Part shown: one piece after another, positions 34,924-43,977 of the stretch
Position numbering within the stretch: the stretch's first letter is position 1
Layout of the letters: each line of letters opens with the position of its first letter
Assembly: GCA_051880635.1 (NCBI GenBank)
Contig: JBJEOI010000015.1
Span: 536 to 64,535, forward strand
Source: Acutalibacteraceae bacterium
GTDB lineage: Bacteria; Bacillota; Clostridia; Oscillospirales; Acutalibacteraceae
Direction: 5' to 3'
DNA: 64,000 bases
Notes under the pieces: model-generated
Told to the model about the DNA's origin: nothing
The model's input: the letters and a program-made list of their open reading frames with translations, nothing else
The model's database searches: none
Program-made: the position numbers and the translations under genes

Positions 34924-36183
34924 TTATTTTTCGGTTAAAATTGCGCGGTAAGTCTCCATCAGCTTTTCGGCGTTTCTTTCGGCGTCATGCGTGATTCTAG
35001 CGTGAGCTTTTGCGTTTTCTGAGAGACTTTTTGCAAGCTCGTCACTGTCAAACACCCTTTTAATATTCCACGCAAGAAGTGCAGGGTCGTCATTTCGATA
35101 GAAAAGAGCTTCTTTTCCGTCGATCGCCATATCAGAGACGCCGCCAACATATGCCGCAACGCAAGGTGTGCCGACAAGCATTGCTTCGCCGAGTGTGTTC
35201 GGGCTGTTTTCGGCGGCAGAGCATAACACATATGCGTTGACACTTGAAAGCCTTTTAGCAACCTCGTATGCGCTGAGCGGACCTGTGAAAACAATATGCT
35301 CCCCGACGCCGAGTTTTTTAATCAGTTTCTGAAGATAAAGCCCGAAGCCTTTTTTATAGAACGGTCTTTTATCGTTTTCCGTAAACGGCTTTGTGCCGGC
35401 GACATAAACCTTAATGTCGGGGTATTCTCTTATTAATTCAGGGAGAGCCATAATAACAAAATGAAGACCTTTAAGAGCGGAATATCCGTTGCCGACATAT
35501 ATTGAATGTCTCTGCATTTTATCAATGCTCCAGTTTTCTTCATAGAAAGGAGAACGCAGCACACGATTGCAGGAAAAATACTTTGCTTTCGGGTTCAGCT
35601 TATATGAATGAGCCCTGTCCCATGTGGTTCTGCCGAGAATATAATCCGCTTTGGAAATAATCTCTTTTTCGGGGTTCATTCTCTTTTTATACCAAAGAGT
35701 TTTTCTCAGATGAAGCACCCAGCCCGCATACATATCGGTTAGCGACTTTGAAAATATCAAATCGTCAACCTGAAGCTGACCGCACTGATAGTTATACTGA
35801 CCGTTAAGTATGCCCTGCAATGAGACGACCGTCGGAATACCATTTTTCTTGCCAACACTCAGCATTGCCTTTGCGTGAAGAAACTCGGTGCCCTCAATCT
35901 GAATAATATCCGGCTTGAAGTCAGCGACAATTTCTTCACAGCGTTTTATGAGCGCATCAAAACCGCCCTTTGCATACTCTAAGCTGTAATATGTCACATT
36001 ATCAATCTTTTCGCAAAAATGAATATTCGCCTCACACTTACACGCTACGGCCAGTGTAATATCGTCTCTTTGGCAAAGCTGTGAGGCCATAGACTCAACC
36101 CAGCCGCCTAAAACCGTGCCGCCGATATTAAGTTTTTCCGCCGCAGGTGTGGGTATTAAATTAACCGACCAAAGAACTTTCAT
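34924..36183 (-). CDS. GT4-family glycosyltransferase
   Basis: 'VLCSAAENSPNTLGEAMLVGTPCVAAYVGG' EX7E region. GGGAGAA SD. 23-nt overlap with the polymerase gene. Confidence 0.8.
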   Translation of the reverse strand: MKVLWSVNLIPTPAAEKLNIGGTVLGGWVESMASQLCQRDDITLAVACKCEANIHFCEKIDNVTYYSLEYAKGGFDALIKRCEEIVADFKPDIIQIEGTEFLHAKAMLSVGKKNGIPTVVSLQGILNGQYNYQCGQLQVDDLIFSKSLTDMYAGWVLHLRKTLWYKKRMNPEKEIISKADYILGRTTWDRAHSYKLNPKAKYFSCNRVLRSPFYEENWSIDKMQRHSIYVGNGYSALKGLHFVIMALPELIREYPDIKVYVAGTKPFTENDKRPFYKKGFGLYLQKLIKKLGVGEHIVFTGPLSAYEVAKRLSSVNAYVLCSAAENSPNTLGEAMLVGTPCVAAYVGGVSDMAIDGKEALFYRNDDPALLAWNIKRVFDSDELAKSLSENAKAHARITHDAERNAEKLMETYRAILTEK

Positions 36184-37396
36184 TTTTTTCTCCCGTCCAT
36201 TTTATAATATCTTGAATAAGCAGTGGAACAATAATCATAAATGAGCACATAAGCTGATATGGCAGTGTGTCAAGTAAAGAAATAAATATCATAACAACAA
36301 GCTCGGCGTTTATAAGTGAGGTCATAAAGCGTGACTTATAGTCTTTCTTGTATTTATTAGGCACATAGAACACAAGCTTAGAATAAATATATCCGCCCCA
36401 CCAGCCGTATCTGACAAAGTTGTCAATTATAGCCGAATGACCGCCGGATCCACCCGGATTCCACAATGAGCCGATAACAGGGTATCTCAAAAGTGCTTTT
36501 AAGCTCGCCATATAAGCCGTAACTCTTGAACCGATTGAGCCTTCTGCCGCGCCCGATTCCGAGGTTGAAACAAGGTCGTTGATTTTTTTTGCAACCGCAG
36601 TACCGTCGAAAACCGTAAGAAGCCACTCCCTGAGCGGGTCAACATATAATATAGCCGCCATTGCGCCGATAAACAAAGCCATTGTGATAATGACAACGCC
36701 GACAACGCTCTTCCCTTTGTAGAAAAAAAGCACAAAAGCAGACGCCAAAGTCGAAAAGATTGCGATTGAGTAACCGGCATTTGCGATAAGAAAGCCGTAT
36801 GAAACAAGCCACGCTAAGCCGATAAAAAACTTAATTTTATTTTTGTCGAAAGCCTTCAGCAACCACATCAAAGCAGCAGGGAAAAACAAAGTCTGTGTAT
36901 AGACAAGAGCATAACCGCCTATGCCCTGACGCAAATAGTCGTTTGCAGTTTCTTCATTTCTGACAATAATGCGCGCAATTGTCGGGTCTTCGATAAGTGC
37001 TTTCACTGTATTGATATTGAAGTATAAAAGTAAAATCAAAACTACCGGAATAATAAAGTCTATCTCATGCCACAAGTTCTTTTTGCTGTAAAAACTGAAA
37101 ATTATAAATTCAACAAACAGCATATATAAGGCTATTTGTTTTATAATACCGGAAAAACTCTTTGTTTCGAAATATGCGGTAATTACAACCAGCACAATAA
37201 AAACCGCCGCCCAGATATGAATATTATCAAGCTGTATTCTTCGCATAAAAGCAATAACAGCCCACACCGCCGCAAGCGAGAGCGCAAGAAGCCTATAGAT
37301 AAGGTCTATTTCAAGCGGGGGTGAAACCGACCACACAATAAGGTACAGCACCGCAAGCGCTTGTATAAGACCTAAAAACGATATACCTTTTTTCAT
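36161..37396 (-). CDS. Wzy/O-antigen-ligase-family polytopic membrane protein (candidate repeat-unit polymerase)
   Basis: About 10 TM segments with a large late loop 'GSRVTAYMASLKALLRYPVIGSLWNPGGSGGHSAIIDNFVRYG', as in Wzy_C-type proteins. Start at Met26 (37396) with a GGAGGA SD. Confidence 0.65.
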   Translation of the reverse strand: MKKGISFLGLIQALAVLYLIVWSVSPPLEIDLIYRLLALSLAAVWAVIAFMRRIQLDNIHIWAAVFIVLVVITAYFETKSFSGIIKQIALYMLFVEFIIFSFYSKKNLWHEIDFIIPVVLILLLYFNINTVKALIEDPTIARIIVRNEETANDYLRQGIGGYALVYTQTLFFPAALMWLLKAFDKNKIKFFIGLAWLVSYGFLIANAGYSIAIFSTLASAFVLFFYKGKSVVGVVIITMALFIGAMAAILYVDPLREWLLTVFDGTAVAKKINDLVSTSESGAAEGSIGSRVTAYMASLKALLRYPVIGSLWNPGGSGGHSAIIDNFVRYGWWGGYIYSKLVFYVPNKYKKDYKSRFMTSLINAELVVMIFISLLDTLPYQLMCSFMIIVPLLIQDIIKWTGEKNESSLVG

Positions 37397-37409
37397 TCTT
37401 CCTCCAAAA

Positions 37410-38543
37410 TCAAAAGCCTTTAAGCCATTTTTCGGTCGGCTCCCTGTATCTCTCAAAATGGAACATATCATCGGGAGCGTTTATTTCTTCATCACGTTTT
37501 TTCTCTGTTGCACCTTTCATTGCAAAAGTAATCGCTTCGTCGTCTATTGACGGAATAATCGCTATTCGTGAACTGTTTTCAGCGTATTGCTTAATATCGC
37601 TTGTGTCGGTAGTAATAATCGGCACACAGCAGGTAAACGCTTCGACAAACTTTGTCGGAAAACCGGCATTATTTTTTCTCGTCGGCTCTCTGATAAATAT
37701 GTAGCAGTCACACGATAGGACATATCTTATCGTTTCTGTGTGAGAAAGTCTGCCCATGAATGTTATTCTGTTATCTTCTGCCTTTTCAGAAAGCTCGGGG
37801 TAAAAGCCGCAGAATTCATCTTTTGTCACCCCGATAATACGCAAGGTGGCTTTTTCGCTGTCAACAGACGAAAACGAGCTGATTATAAGGTCAAGACATT
37901 CCTTGCCGCTGCCTATTGTTCCGGCAAAACAGAACTCAAACTTATCGCCGTGACTGATTTTTTCCTGATGCCAAATCGGGTCGCTTATGTCAACCATCGG
38001 CGGCAGCTTTATTAAGTGACTGTTGTCCTTATACGCCGCTTTCATCATATTGCTTATACATATAACCCCGTCGGCACGTCTGCCCAGACATCTGCGTATA
38101 AGCATATCATCAAACTTTTTATAGTTTCTTTTAAGAAATGAGCCTTCTGTGGCGTCCGCCCATTCGGCGCAGTCGTAAACTACTTTTATCCCCTTTTTTG
38201 AAAAAGCACTTTCAGCGGCAATAAAATTAAAATAAGGCATGTCATAGAGAATAATCATTCTCACATCGCTGTATTTCTCACAAACGCATTTTATCGCCGA
38301 AGTGTCAAACATGTATTTTAGCCACTCTTTTGTAGAAGCAGGTGCGCTTATTTCATAGACGTTGTCGCTGAAACTGCTTTTTCTCACACCGTCAAAACGC
38401 TCGTTTTCGGGCGCTCTGCCGAGAAAAACCGTACGGAAACCGAGACTGTCAAATATTTTGGCGATTGTAGAAACTCTGTGAGCCGCCGCATTTCTATCGG
38501 GCATTTCAAAAGCGCCGACATATATTATCGTTCCCTTTTCCAT
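37410..38543 (-). CDS. GT4-family glycosyltransferase
   Basis: 'YIFIREPTRKNNAGFPTKFVEAFTCCVPIITTDTSD' in a GT-B C-terminal domain. Start at Met16 (38543) with a GGAGGA SD. Confidence 0.7.
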   Translation of the reverse strand: MEKGTIIYVGAFEMPDRNAAAHRVSTIAKIFDSLGFRTVFLGRAPENERFDGVRKSSFSDNVYEISAPASTKEWLKYMFDTSAIKCVCEKYSDVRMIILYDMPYFNFIAAESAFSKKGIKVVYDCAEWADATEGSFLKRNYKKFDDMLIRRCLGRRADGVICISNMMKAAYKDNSHLIKLPPMVDISDPIWHQEKISHGDKFEFCFAGTIGSGKECLDLIISSFSSVDSEKATLRIIGVTKDEFCGFYPELSEKAEDNRITFMGRLSHTETIRYVLSCDCYIFIREPTRKNNAGFPTKFVEAFTCCVPIITTDTSDIKQYAENSSRIAIIPSIDDEAITFAMKGATEKKRDEEINAPDDMFHFERYREPTEKWLKGF

Positions 38544-38566
38544 ACAGCTTTCCTCCTGACGAAAAA

Positions 38567-39541
38567 TTATAAATTCTCTTTGTACCACTCAATAGCGGCT
38601 TTTATTCCTCTGTCAAAGCTCCACTCGGGGTCATAGCCTAAAAGCCTCTGAGCCTTTGAAATATCGGCGTTTGAATGTTTTATGTCGCCCGCCCTGTCAG
38701 GTCCGAAATTCGGTTCTCTCTCAATGCCGAGAGCCTTTGTCAGACCGTAATATATATCAATAAGATATTCTCTGCCGCCGTATGCGATATTGAACGCCTG
38801 ACCCGCCGCTTCATGTGGAGCAAGACAGGCTTTAAGGTTAGCTTCGATTACATTTTCGATATATGTGAAATCACGGCTCTGTTTTCCGTCGCCGTTTATT
38901 GTCGGGGTTTCGCCGTCAAGAAGCTGTTTAATGAATTTAGGAATAACAGCGGCGTATGCGCCGTTCGGGTCCTGCCGTCTGCCGAAGACGTTGAAATATC
39001 TCATACCGTAGGTATCAAGACCGTAGTGAAGCGTATATTGCTTTGCCCATTCCTCGTCGCACCTTTTTGTCAGAGCATAGGGTGAAAGAAGATTACCCTC
39101 GACGCCCTCTTTTTTCGGCAGCTTCGGCTCGTCGCCGTAGACAGAAGAGCTTGACGCATACACGAACTTTTTAACACCGCTCTGACGCGCGGCTTCGAGC
39201 ATATTTAAAGTGCCCTGAATGTTGTTTGCGCAATAAAAAAGCGGCATCTCAATGCTTCTGGGGACGCTGCCCCAAGCCGCCTGATTGAGCACATAATCAA
39301 CGCCTTCACACGCTTTAACGCAGGTGTCAAGGTCTTTTATGTCACCCTTTATGAACTCGTAATTCGGATTTTCAATGAAAAGATCAACATTCTCCTGCTT
39401 GCCTGTCGAAAGATCGTCAAGACAGCGCACTCTGTAACCGAGATCGAGTATAGCCTCACAAAGGTTTGAACCTATAAAGCCCGCGCCGCCTGTGACGAGA
39501 AAAAGTGCATTTTCGGGAAATTTAAGTTCTTTATAGCCCAT
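38567..39541 (-). CDS. UDP-GlcNAc(A) 4-epimerase, WbpP/TviC-like
   Basis: 'LVTGGAGFIGSNLCEAIL', 'NQAAWGSVPRSIEMP', 'YASSSSVYGDEPKLPKKEG', 'LSPYALTKRCDE', 'RYFNVFGRRQDPNGAYAAVIPKF'. Confidence 0.8.
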   Translation of the reverse strand: MGYKELKFPENALFLVTGGAGFIGSNLCEAILDLGYRVRCLDDLSTGKQENVDLFIENPNYEFIKGDIKDLDTCVKACEGVDYVLNQAAWGSVPRSIEMPLFYCANNIQGTLNMLEAARQSGVKKFVYASSSSVYGDEPKLPKKEGVEGNLLSPYALTKRCDEEWAKQYTLHYGLDTYGMRYFNVFGRRQDPNGAYAAVIPKFIKQLLDGETPTINGDGKQSRDFTYIENVIEANLKACLAPHEAAGQAFNIAYGGREYLIDIYYGLTKALGIEREPNFGPDRAGDIKHSNADISKAQRLLGYDPEWSFDRGIKAAIEWYKENL

Positions 39542-39544
39542 TTC

Positions 39545-40861
39545 TTAAAGCCTCCAGTATGAATAACCTGCGTTTTCGTATTCCTTGCGGTCAAGAAGTC
39601 CCTTGATATCAACAAGAACCTTTCTGCCCTCGCCGAAGAAGCTGTCAATGTCAGACATCGTCAGCTTTTTGAATTCATCGTGAGCAACAGCTAAAACAAC
39701 CGCATCCATATCCTTTATCTCTGATATATCGACAAAGCGCATACCATAGAGTCTTTCAGCTTCGTCAGCGTCGGCGACAGGGTCGGCTATAACGGGGGTA
39801 ATGCCGTATTCTTTTAGCTCGCTGACAATATCTATAATCTTTGTGTTTCGTGTGTCGGGGCAGTTTTCCTTAAAGGTAAAGCCGAGAATTGCAACCTTTG
39901 CGTTTTTGACCGCCTTGTCGGCTGAGATAAGATTCTTGACAACATTTTCAGCTACATATTTGCCCATATCGTCATTAATTCTTCTGCCCGAAAGAATTAT
40001 CTGACTGTGATAGCCGAGCATTTCAGCCTTATATGTAAGATAATAAGGGTCAACGCCGATACAGTGACCGCCGACAAGACCCGGGTAGAACTTTAAGAAA
40101 TTCCACTTTGTTCCTGCCGCTTCAAGAACCGATTTAGTATCAATTCCCATCTTATTGAAAATAATCGAAAGCTCGTTCATGAAAGCTATATTTATATCTC
40201 TCTGGCTGTTTTCAATTACCTTTGCCGCTTCCGCTACCTTGATGCTCTGCGCTCTGTGAACGCCCGCTTCAACCACAAGCTCATAAACCTTTGCGACAAT
40301 GTCAAGTGTTTCTTCATCCATACCCGAGACAATTTTCTTTATCGTTTCAAGTCTGTGAACCTTGTCACCGGGGTTTATTCTCTCGGGCGAATAACCTATT
40401 TTGAAATCTTCACCGCACTTTAAACCCGATTCCTTTTCAAGAATGGGAACACAAACATCCTCTGTAACACCGGGGTAAACCGTTGACTCAAAAACGACTA
40501 TTGACCCCTTTGTGAGATTTCTGCCGAGAATACGGCTTGCGCCCTCGACAGGGCTGAGATCGGGTGTGTGATCGTCATTGACAGGCGTCGGAACGGCAAC
40601 AATGTGGAATTTCGCTTCTCTGAGCTTTGTCTCGTCAGCGGTAAATTCAACCGCCGTATTTTTTATTGCGTCATTTCCGACCTCGTTTGTCGGGTCAATG
40701 CCGTTTTTATAAAGCTCGATTTTCTTTTCGTTAAGGTCATAGCCGATAACATCGACCTTTTTGGCAAAAGCTACGGCTATAGGCATACCGACATAGCCAA
40801 GACCGACAAGTGAAATCTTTTCTTCTTTGTTTAAGATTTTTTCATAGAGATTCTTATACAT
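39545..40861 (-). CDS. UDP-N-acetylhexosamine 6-dehydrogenase, TviB/WbpO-like
   Basis: 'ISLVGLGYVGMPIAVAFAKKVDVIGYDLNEKKIELYKNGIDPTNEVG' and catalytic 'GGHCIGVDPYYL'. Start at Met10 (40861) with an AAGAGGAAG SD. Confidence 0.8.
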   Translation of the reverse strand: MYKNLYEKILNKEEKISLVGLGYVGMPIAVAFAKKVDVIGYDLNEKKIELYKNGIDPTNEVGNDAIKNTAVEFTADETKLREAKFHIVAVPTPVNDDHTPDLSPVEGASRILGRNLTKGSIVVFESTVYPGVTEDVCVPILEKESGLKCGEDFKIGYSPERINPGDKVHRLETIKKIVSGMDEETLDIVAKVYELVVEAGVHRAQSIKVAEAAKVIENSQRDINIAFMNELSIIFNKMGIDTKSVLEAAGTKWNFLKFYPGLVGGHCIGVDPYYLTYKAEMLGYHSQIILSGRRINDDMGKYVAENVVKNLISADKAVKNAKVAILGFTFKENCPDTRNTKIIDIVSELKEYGITPVIADPVADADEAERLYGMRFVDISEIKDMDAVVLAVAHDEFKKLTMSDIDSFFGEGRKVLVDIKGLLDRKEYENAGYSYWRL

Positions 40862-40884
40862 AATCTGACTTCCTCTTTCTGCAA

Positions 40885-42738
40885 TCATTGATTTAAGAGC
40901 CTTTTTATTTCTTCAAGATAAGCCTTGACAACAATGCTTCTTGAAAAATTTTCTTTTATATATTCCCTGCCCTTTTCGCCCATGAGCTTTCGCTCCTGAC
41001 CGGAAAGTGAGAGGAATTTTTCTGTTTTTTCATATAGCTCATCGACGTTTCCGCCGTGATATATATAGCCTGTTTCGCCGTCTCTGACCGTTTCAAAGCA
41101 ACCCGGGTTATCGGTTGTTATGAGCACTCTGCCCGATGAAGCGGATTCAAGAAGAACGTTGCTCATTCCCTCGCCGTAGGTTGACGGGTGAATTGTGGCG
41201 TGAGAAGCGGCAATAAACGGTCTGACATCCTTCTGACTGCCCAGGTAATGAACTATACCTTTCTTTTCAAGCTCTTCGAGCTCTTCTTTATAGTGCATCT
41301 CGGTTTGTTCAATAAAGCCGAGCATATTAAACTGCGTGTTCGGGTATTTTTTCTTTATCCGCTTGGCATTTTCAATGTAATCGTCAACGCCCTTATCGTG
41401 AAGTATGCGCCCGATATAATTGAACACTACCTTTTCGCCGTCAATGCCGTTTCCGCCGCTCGGATAGGGCTGAAGCGGAAATCTTTCGGTGTCAACGCCC
41501 GAGCCGGGGATAAGTCTTCTTTTCCCCTTGACCATACCTGTTTTTTCGGCAAGCTCCATATTGGTTTCATTCTGAAACATGACGCACTCTGATTTGCGGT
41601 ATGCGGCTTTGAAAAGCTGCATAATGAACTTCTGCATCATATCGCCTTTATTCAGAACGCTCCCGAAGCCCGTGACGTTATTTATGACCGGTATCTTTAA
41701 AACGTGAGCGGCAATACTGCCATAGACATTCGGTTTTGCCGTATATGTCAGCACAACATCGGGTTTATACTTTCTGAAAAGATTCAGATAATGAACAAAA
41801 AGCTTTGAGTCGTTTATGGGGTTTGTGCCCCGTCTGTCAATAAACGGGTCATCATATATGAATTTCAGGTCGGAAAGAAGCTGAAATTTCTCCCCGTTTG
41901 GGCATGAAATAAGCACATCATAGTTTTCACTGATTAACGCCTCAATAAGCTCTTTCCTGAAGCAGTAAATATCATCGTCATTATTTGTCAGAAGCGCAAT
42001 AAGCGGCTTCTTTTTTTCGTTTTTTTCGCCGTCTGACTTTTTGTCGGTGAAATCTTTGCCCAGCATGGCAAAAACCGTCATAAACATGATTTTTATATCA
42101 TTAACTAAGCTGAACTCTTCTATATCCCTGAGATTATATCTCATTTTATCGGGCAGAACTTCCTCAGTATATGTCTTTTCGGTGTCGGTTGAAGAGTCAA
42201 GAAGCGAGCTTTCATCTTTATAGCATACGCTTGCAGTTGAGGTAATTCCTGCCGGCAAAAGAAGCGTCGCTTTCATCTCGTCGGTGTATTTGTCAACATA
42301 TTTCTGAATTTCGGGGCGTGTGCCGACAAAAGTCATATCGCCCGAGAGAACATCAAGAAGCTGACTTATCTCGTCAAGTTTGAATTTTCTTATAAATTCG
42401 CCCGTTTTTGTCACTCTTGAGTCGTTGCTGACGGTTATCTGTGAGCCTTTGTCAGCCCCCTGAACCATTGAACGGAACTTATGTATTCTGAACTTTCTGC
42501 CGTATTGTGTCACTCTCTCCTGCCTGAAAAACACAGGACCCTCCGAGTCTGCTTTAATTGCTGCGGCAAGCGCCGCAAACACGGGCGACAAAGCTATAAG
42601 CATTGCCGAAGCGGCTGTAACATCAAATGCTCTTTTTAAAACAAGGCTTGTCTTTTTTTTGCTCAGAATATCATAATACTTTCTGACCTCTGGAATTTGC
42701 ATTTTTTCGGGAAGCTCTTCCCATCTTTTTAGTAGCAT
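40885..42738 (-). CDS. Fusion of a small monotopic phosphoglycosyl transferase (PglC/WbaP-C-like) with a GT4 glycosyltransferase
   Basis: Residues from about 30 to 225 carry 'LKRAFDVTAASAMLIALSPVFAALAAAIKADSEGPVFFRQERVTQYGRKFRIHKFRSM', 'FKLDEISQLLDVLSGDMTFVGTRPE'. A Lys-rich linker 'KKSDGEKNEKKKP' follows. The GT4 domain carries 'IHPSTYGEGMSNVLLESASSGRVLITTDNPG'. Confidence 0.85.
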   Translation of the reverse strand: MLLKRWEELPEKMQIPEVRKYYDILSKKKTSLVLKRAFDVTAASAMLIALSPVFAALAAAIKADSEGPVFFRQERVTQYGRKFRIHKFRSMVQGADKGSQITVSNDSRVTKTGEFIRKFKLDEISQLLDVLSGDMTFVGTRPEIQKYVDKYTDEMKATLLLPAGITSTASVCYKDESSLLDSSTDTEKTYTEEVLPDKMRYNLRDIEEFSLVNDIKIMFMTVFAMLGKDFTDKKSDGEKNEKKKPLIALLTNNDDDIYCFRKELIEALISENYDVLISCPNGEKFQLLSDLKFIYDDPFIDRRGTNPINDSKLFVHYLNLFRKYKPDVVLTYTAKPNVYGSIAAHVLKIPVINNVTGFGSVLNKGDMMQKFIMQLFKAAYRKSECVMFQNETNMELAEKTGMVKGKRRLIPGSGVDTERFPLQPYPSGGNGIDGEKVVFNYIGRILHDKGVDDYIENAKRIKKKYPNTQFNMLGFIEQTEMHYKEELEELEKKGIVHYLGSQKDVRPFIAASHATIHPSTYGEGMSNVLLESASSGRVLITTDNPGCFETVRDGETGYIYHGGNVDELYEKTEKFLSLSGQERKLMGEKGREYIKENFSRSIVVKAYLEEIKRLLNQ

Positions 42739-42753
42739 CTAAAACTTCCTTTT

Positions 42754-43974
42754 TCAGATAAATTCTTTAACAATTTCAGTGTAGTTCGAGATAACATATT
42801 CCACATCTTCATCAGAAAGGAGTGTGTGGAGAGGAAGTGTTATTTCATTTGCAAAAAACGCATACGCGTTAGGATAATCTTTAATATCAAAGCCGAGTGA
42901 TTTATAAGCCGTCATCATGGGCAGCGGCTTGTAGTGAACATTGCAGGCGATACCTCTCTGAGCCATCTTTATGATAATTTCATTGCGCTCTTCTGAGGTT
43001 ATGCCGGGAACTCTTGTTATATAGAGATGACCCGATGAAGCAAAACCGTCGCCGTAATGATTAAGATGATAAACACCCACTGCGTCACAGCCTGCGTCGT
43101 ATTTTTTTATAATTTCTTTTCTTCTTTCAAGAAGCGACGGATACCTTTCAAGCTGTTTCAGACCGATTGCCGCCATGATATCTGTCATGTTGCATTTATA
43201 CCAAGGACCGACAATGTCGTATTCCCATGCGCCGAGCTTTGTTTTTGCAAGAGCGTCCTTTGACTGCCCGTGAAGAGAATAAAGCTGATACTGCTTATAA
43301 AGCTCATCATCGTCAATACCGTCAATATGTCTCCATGTTGAAGCGCCGCCCTCTGCGGTTGTGAAATTTTTGACCGCATGGAATGAAAAGTCCGTAAAGT
43401 CTGCTATTTCCCCCGCCGTTTTTCCGTTTCGGCTTGCGCCCAGCGCATGAGCGCAGTCGGCAAGAACGGCAATTCTGCCCATAGCTTTCTGAATTTCGCT
43501 TTTAGGTCTGAATAAGCTCTTTTTTCTTTCGGCGATTTCAAACACCCTGTCATAGTCGCAGATTATACCGCCGAGGTCAACAAGAATAATCGCCTTTGTT
43601 TTTTCCGTAATCAGCTTTTCTATCTGCTCATAATCGGGCTCTACGCTGTCCTTCTGAGAGTCAACAAATTTCACCGACGCCCCGACATGTATCGCGGCTG
43701 AGGCTGTAGCGGTATAAGTGTAAGCAGGGACAATAACCTCGTCGCCCTCGCCTATACCTAAGACTCTGAGATTGAGCTCTTCAGCCGCTGTGGCGGAATT
43801 GAGACACACGACCTTATCGGTGTGACAGTAGGCGGCAAGCCTCTTTTCAAGCTCTTTTGTTCTCGGACCTGTTGTAATCCAGCCTGAGCGAAGAGCCTGC
43901 GCAACCTCATTTATTTCAAGCTCCGTTATATCGGGCGGGCTGAAAGGAATATTTCTTTTTTCCATTATGTTCAC
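42754..43974 (-). CDS. DegT/DnrJ/EryC1-family PLP aminotransferase (PglE-like; UDP-4-keto-6-deoxy-HexNAc 4-aminotransferase)
   Basis: 406 aa. 'FSPPDITELEINEVAQALRSGWITTGPRTKELE' and 'FSFHAVKNFTTAEGG', which carries the PLP Lys. Confidence 0.85.
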   Translation of the reverse strand: MNIMEKRNIPFSPPDITELEINEVAQALRSGWITTGPRTKELEKRLAAYCHTDKVVCLNSATAAEELNLRVLGIGEGDEVIVPAYTYTATASAAIHVGASVKFVDSQKDSVEPDYEQIEKLITEKTKAIILVDLGGIICDYDRVFEIAERKKSLFRPKSEIQKAMGRIAVLADCAHALGASRNGKTAGEIADFTDFSFHAVKNFTTAEGGASTWRHIDGIDDDELYKQYQLYSLHGQSKDALAKTKLGAWEYDIVGPWYKCNMTDIMAAIGLKQLERYPSLLERRKEIIKKYDAGCDAVGVYHLNHYGDGFASSGHLYITRVPGITSEERNEIIIKMAQRGIACNVHYKPLPMMTAYKSLGFDIKDYPNAYAFFANEITLPLHTLLSDEDVEYVISNYTEIVKEFI

Positions 43975-43977
43975 TCC

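Noticed and set aside
36161-37396. Considered calling this polytopic protein the missing Wzx flippase.
   Set aside because: Its topology is about 10 TM segments with a large late extracytoplasmic loop carrying an R/H-rich motif. That fits Wzy/O-antigen-ligase-family proteins, not the 12-14-TM MOP fold.
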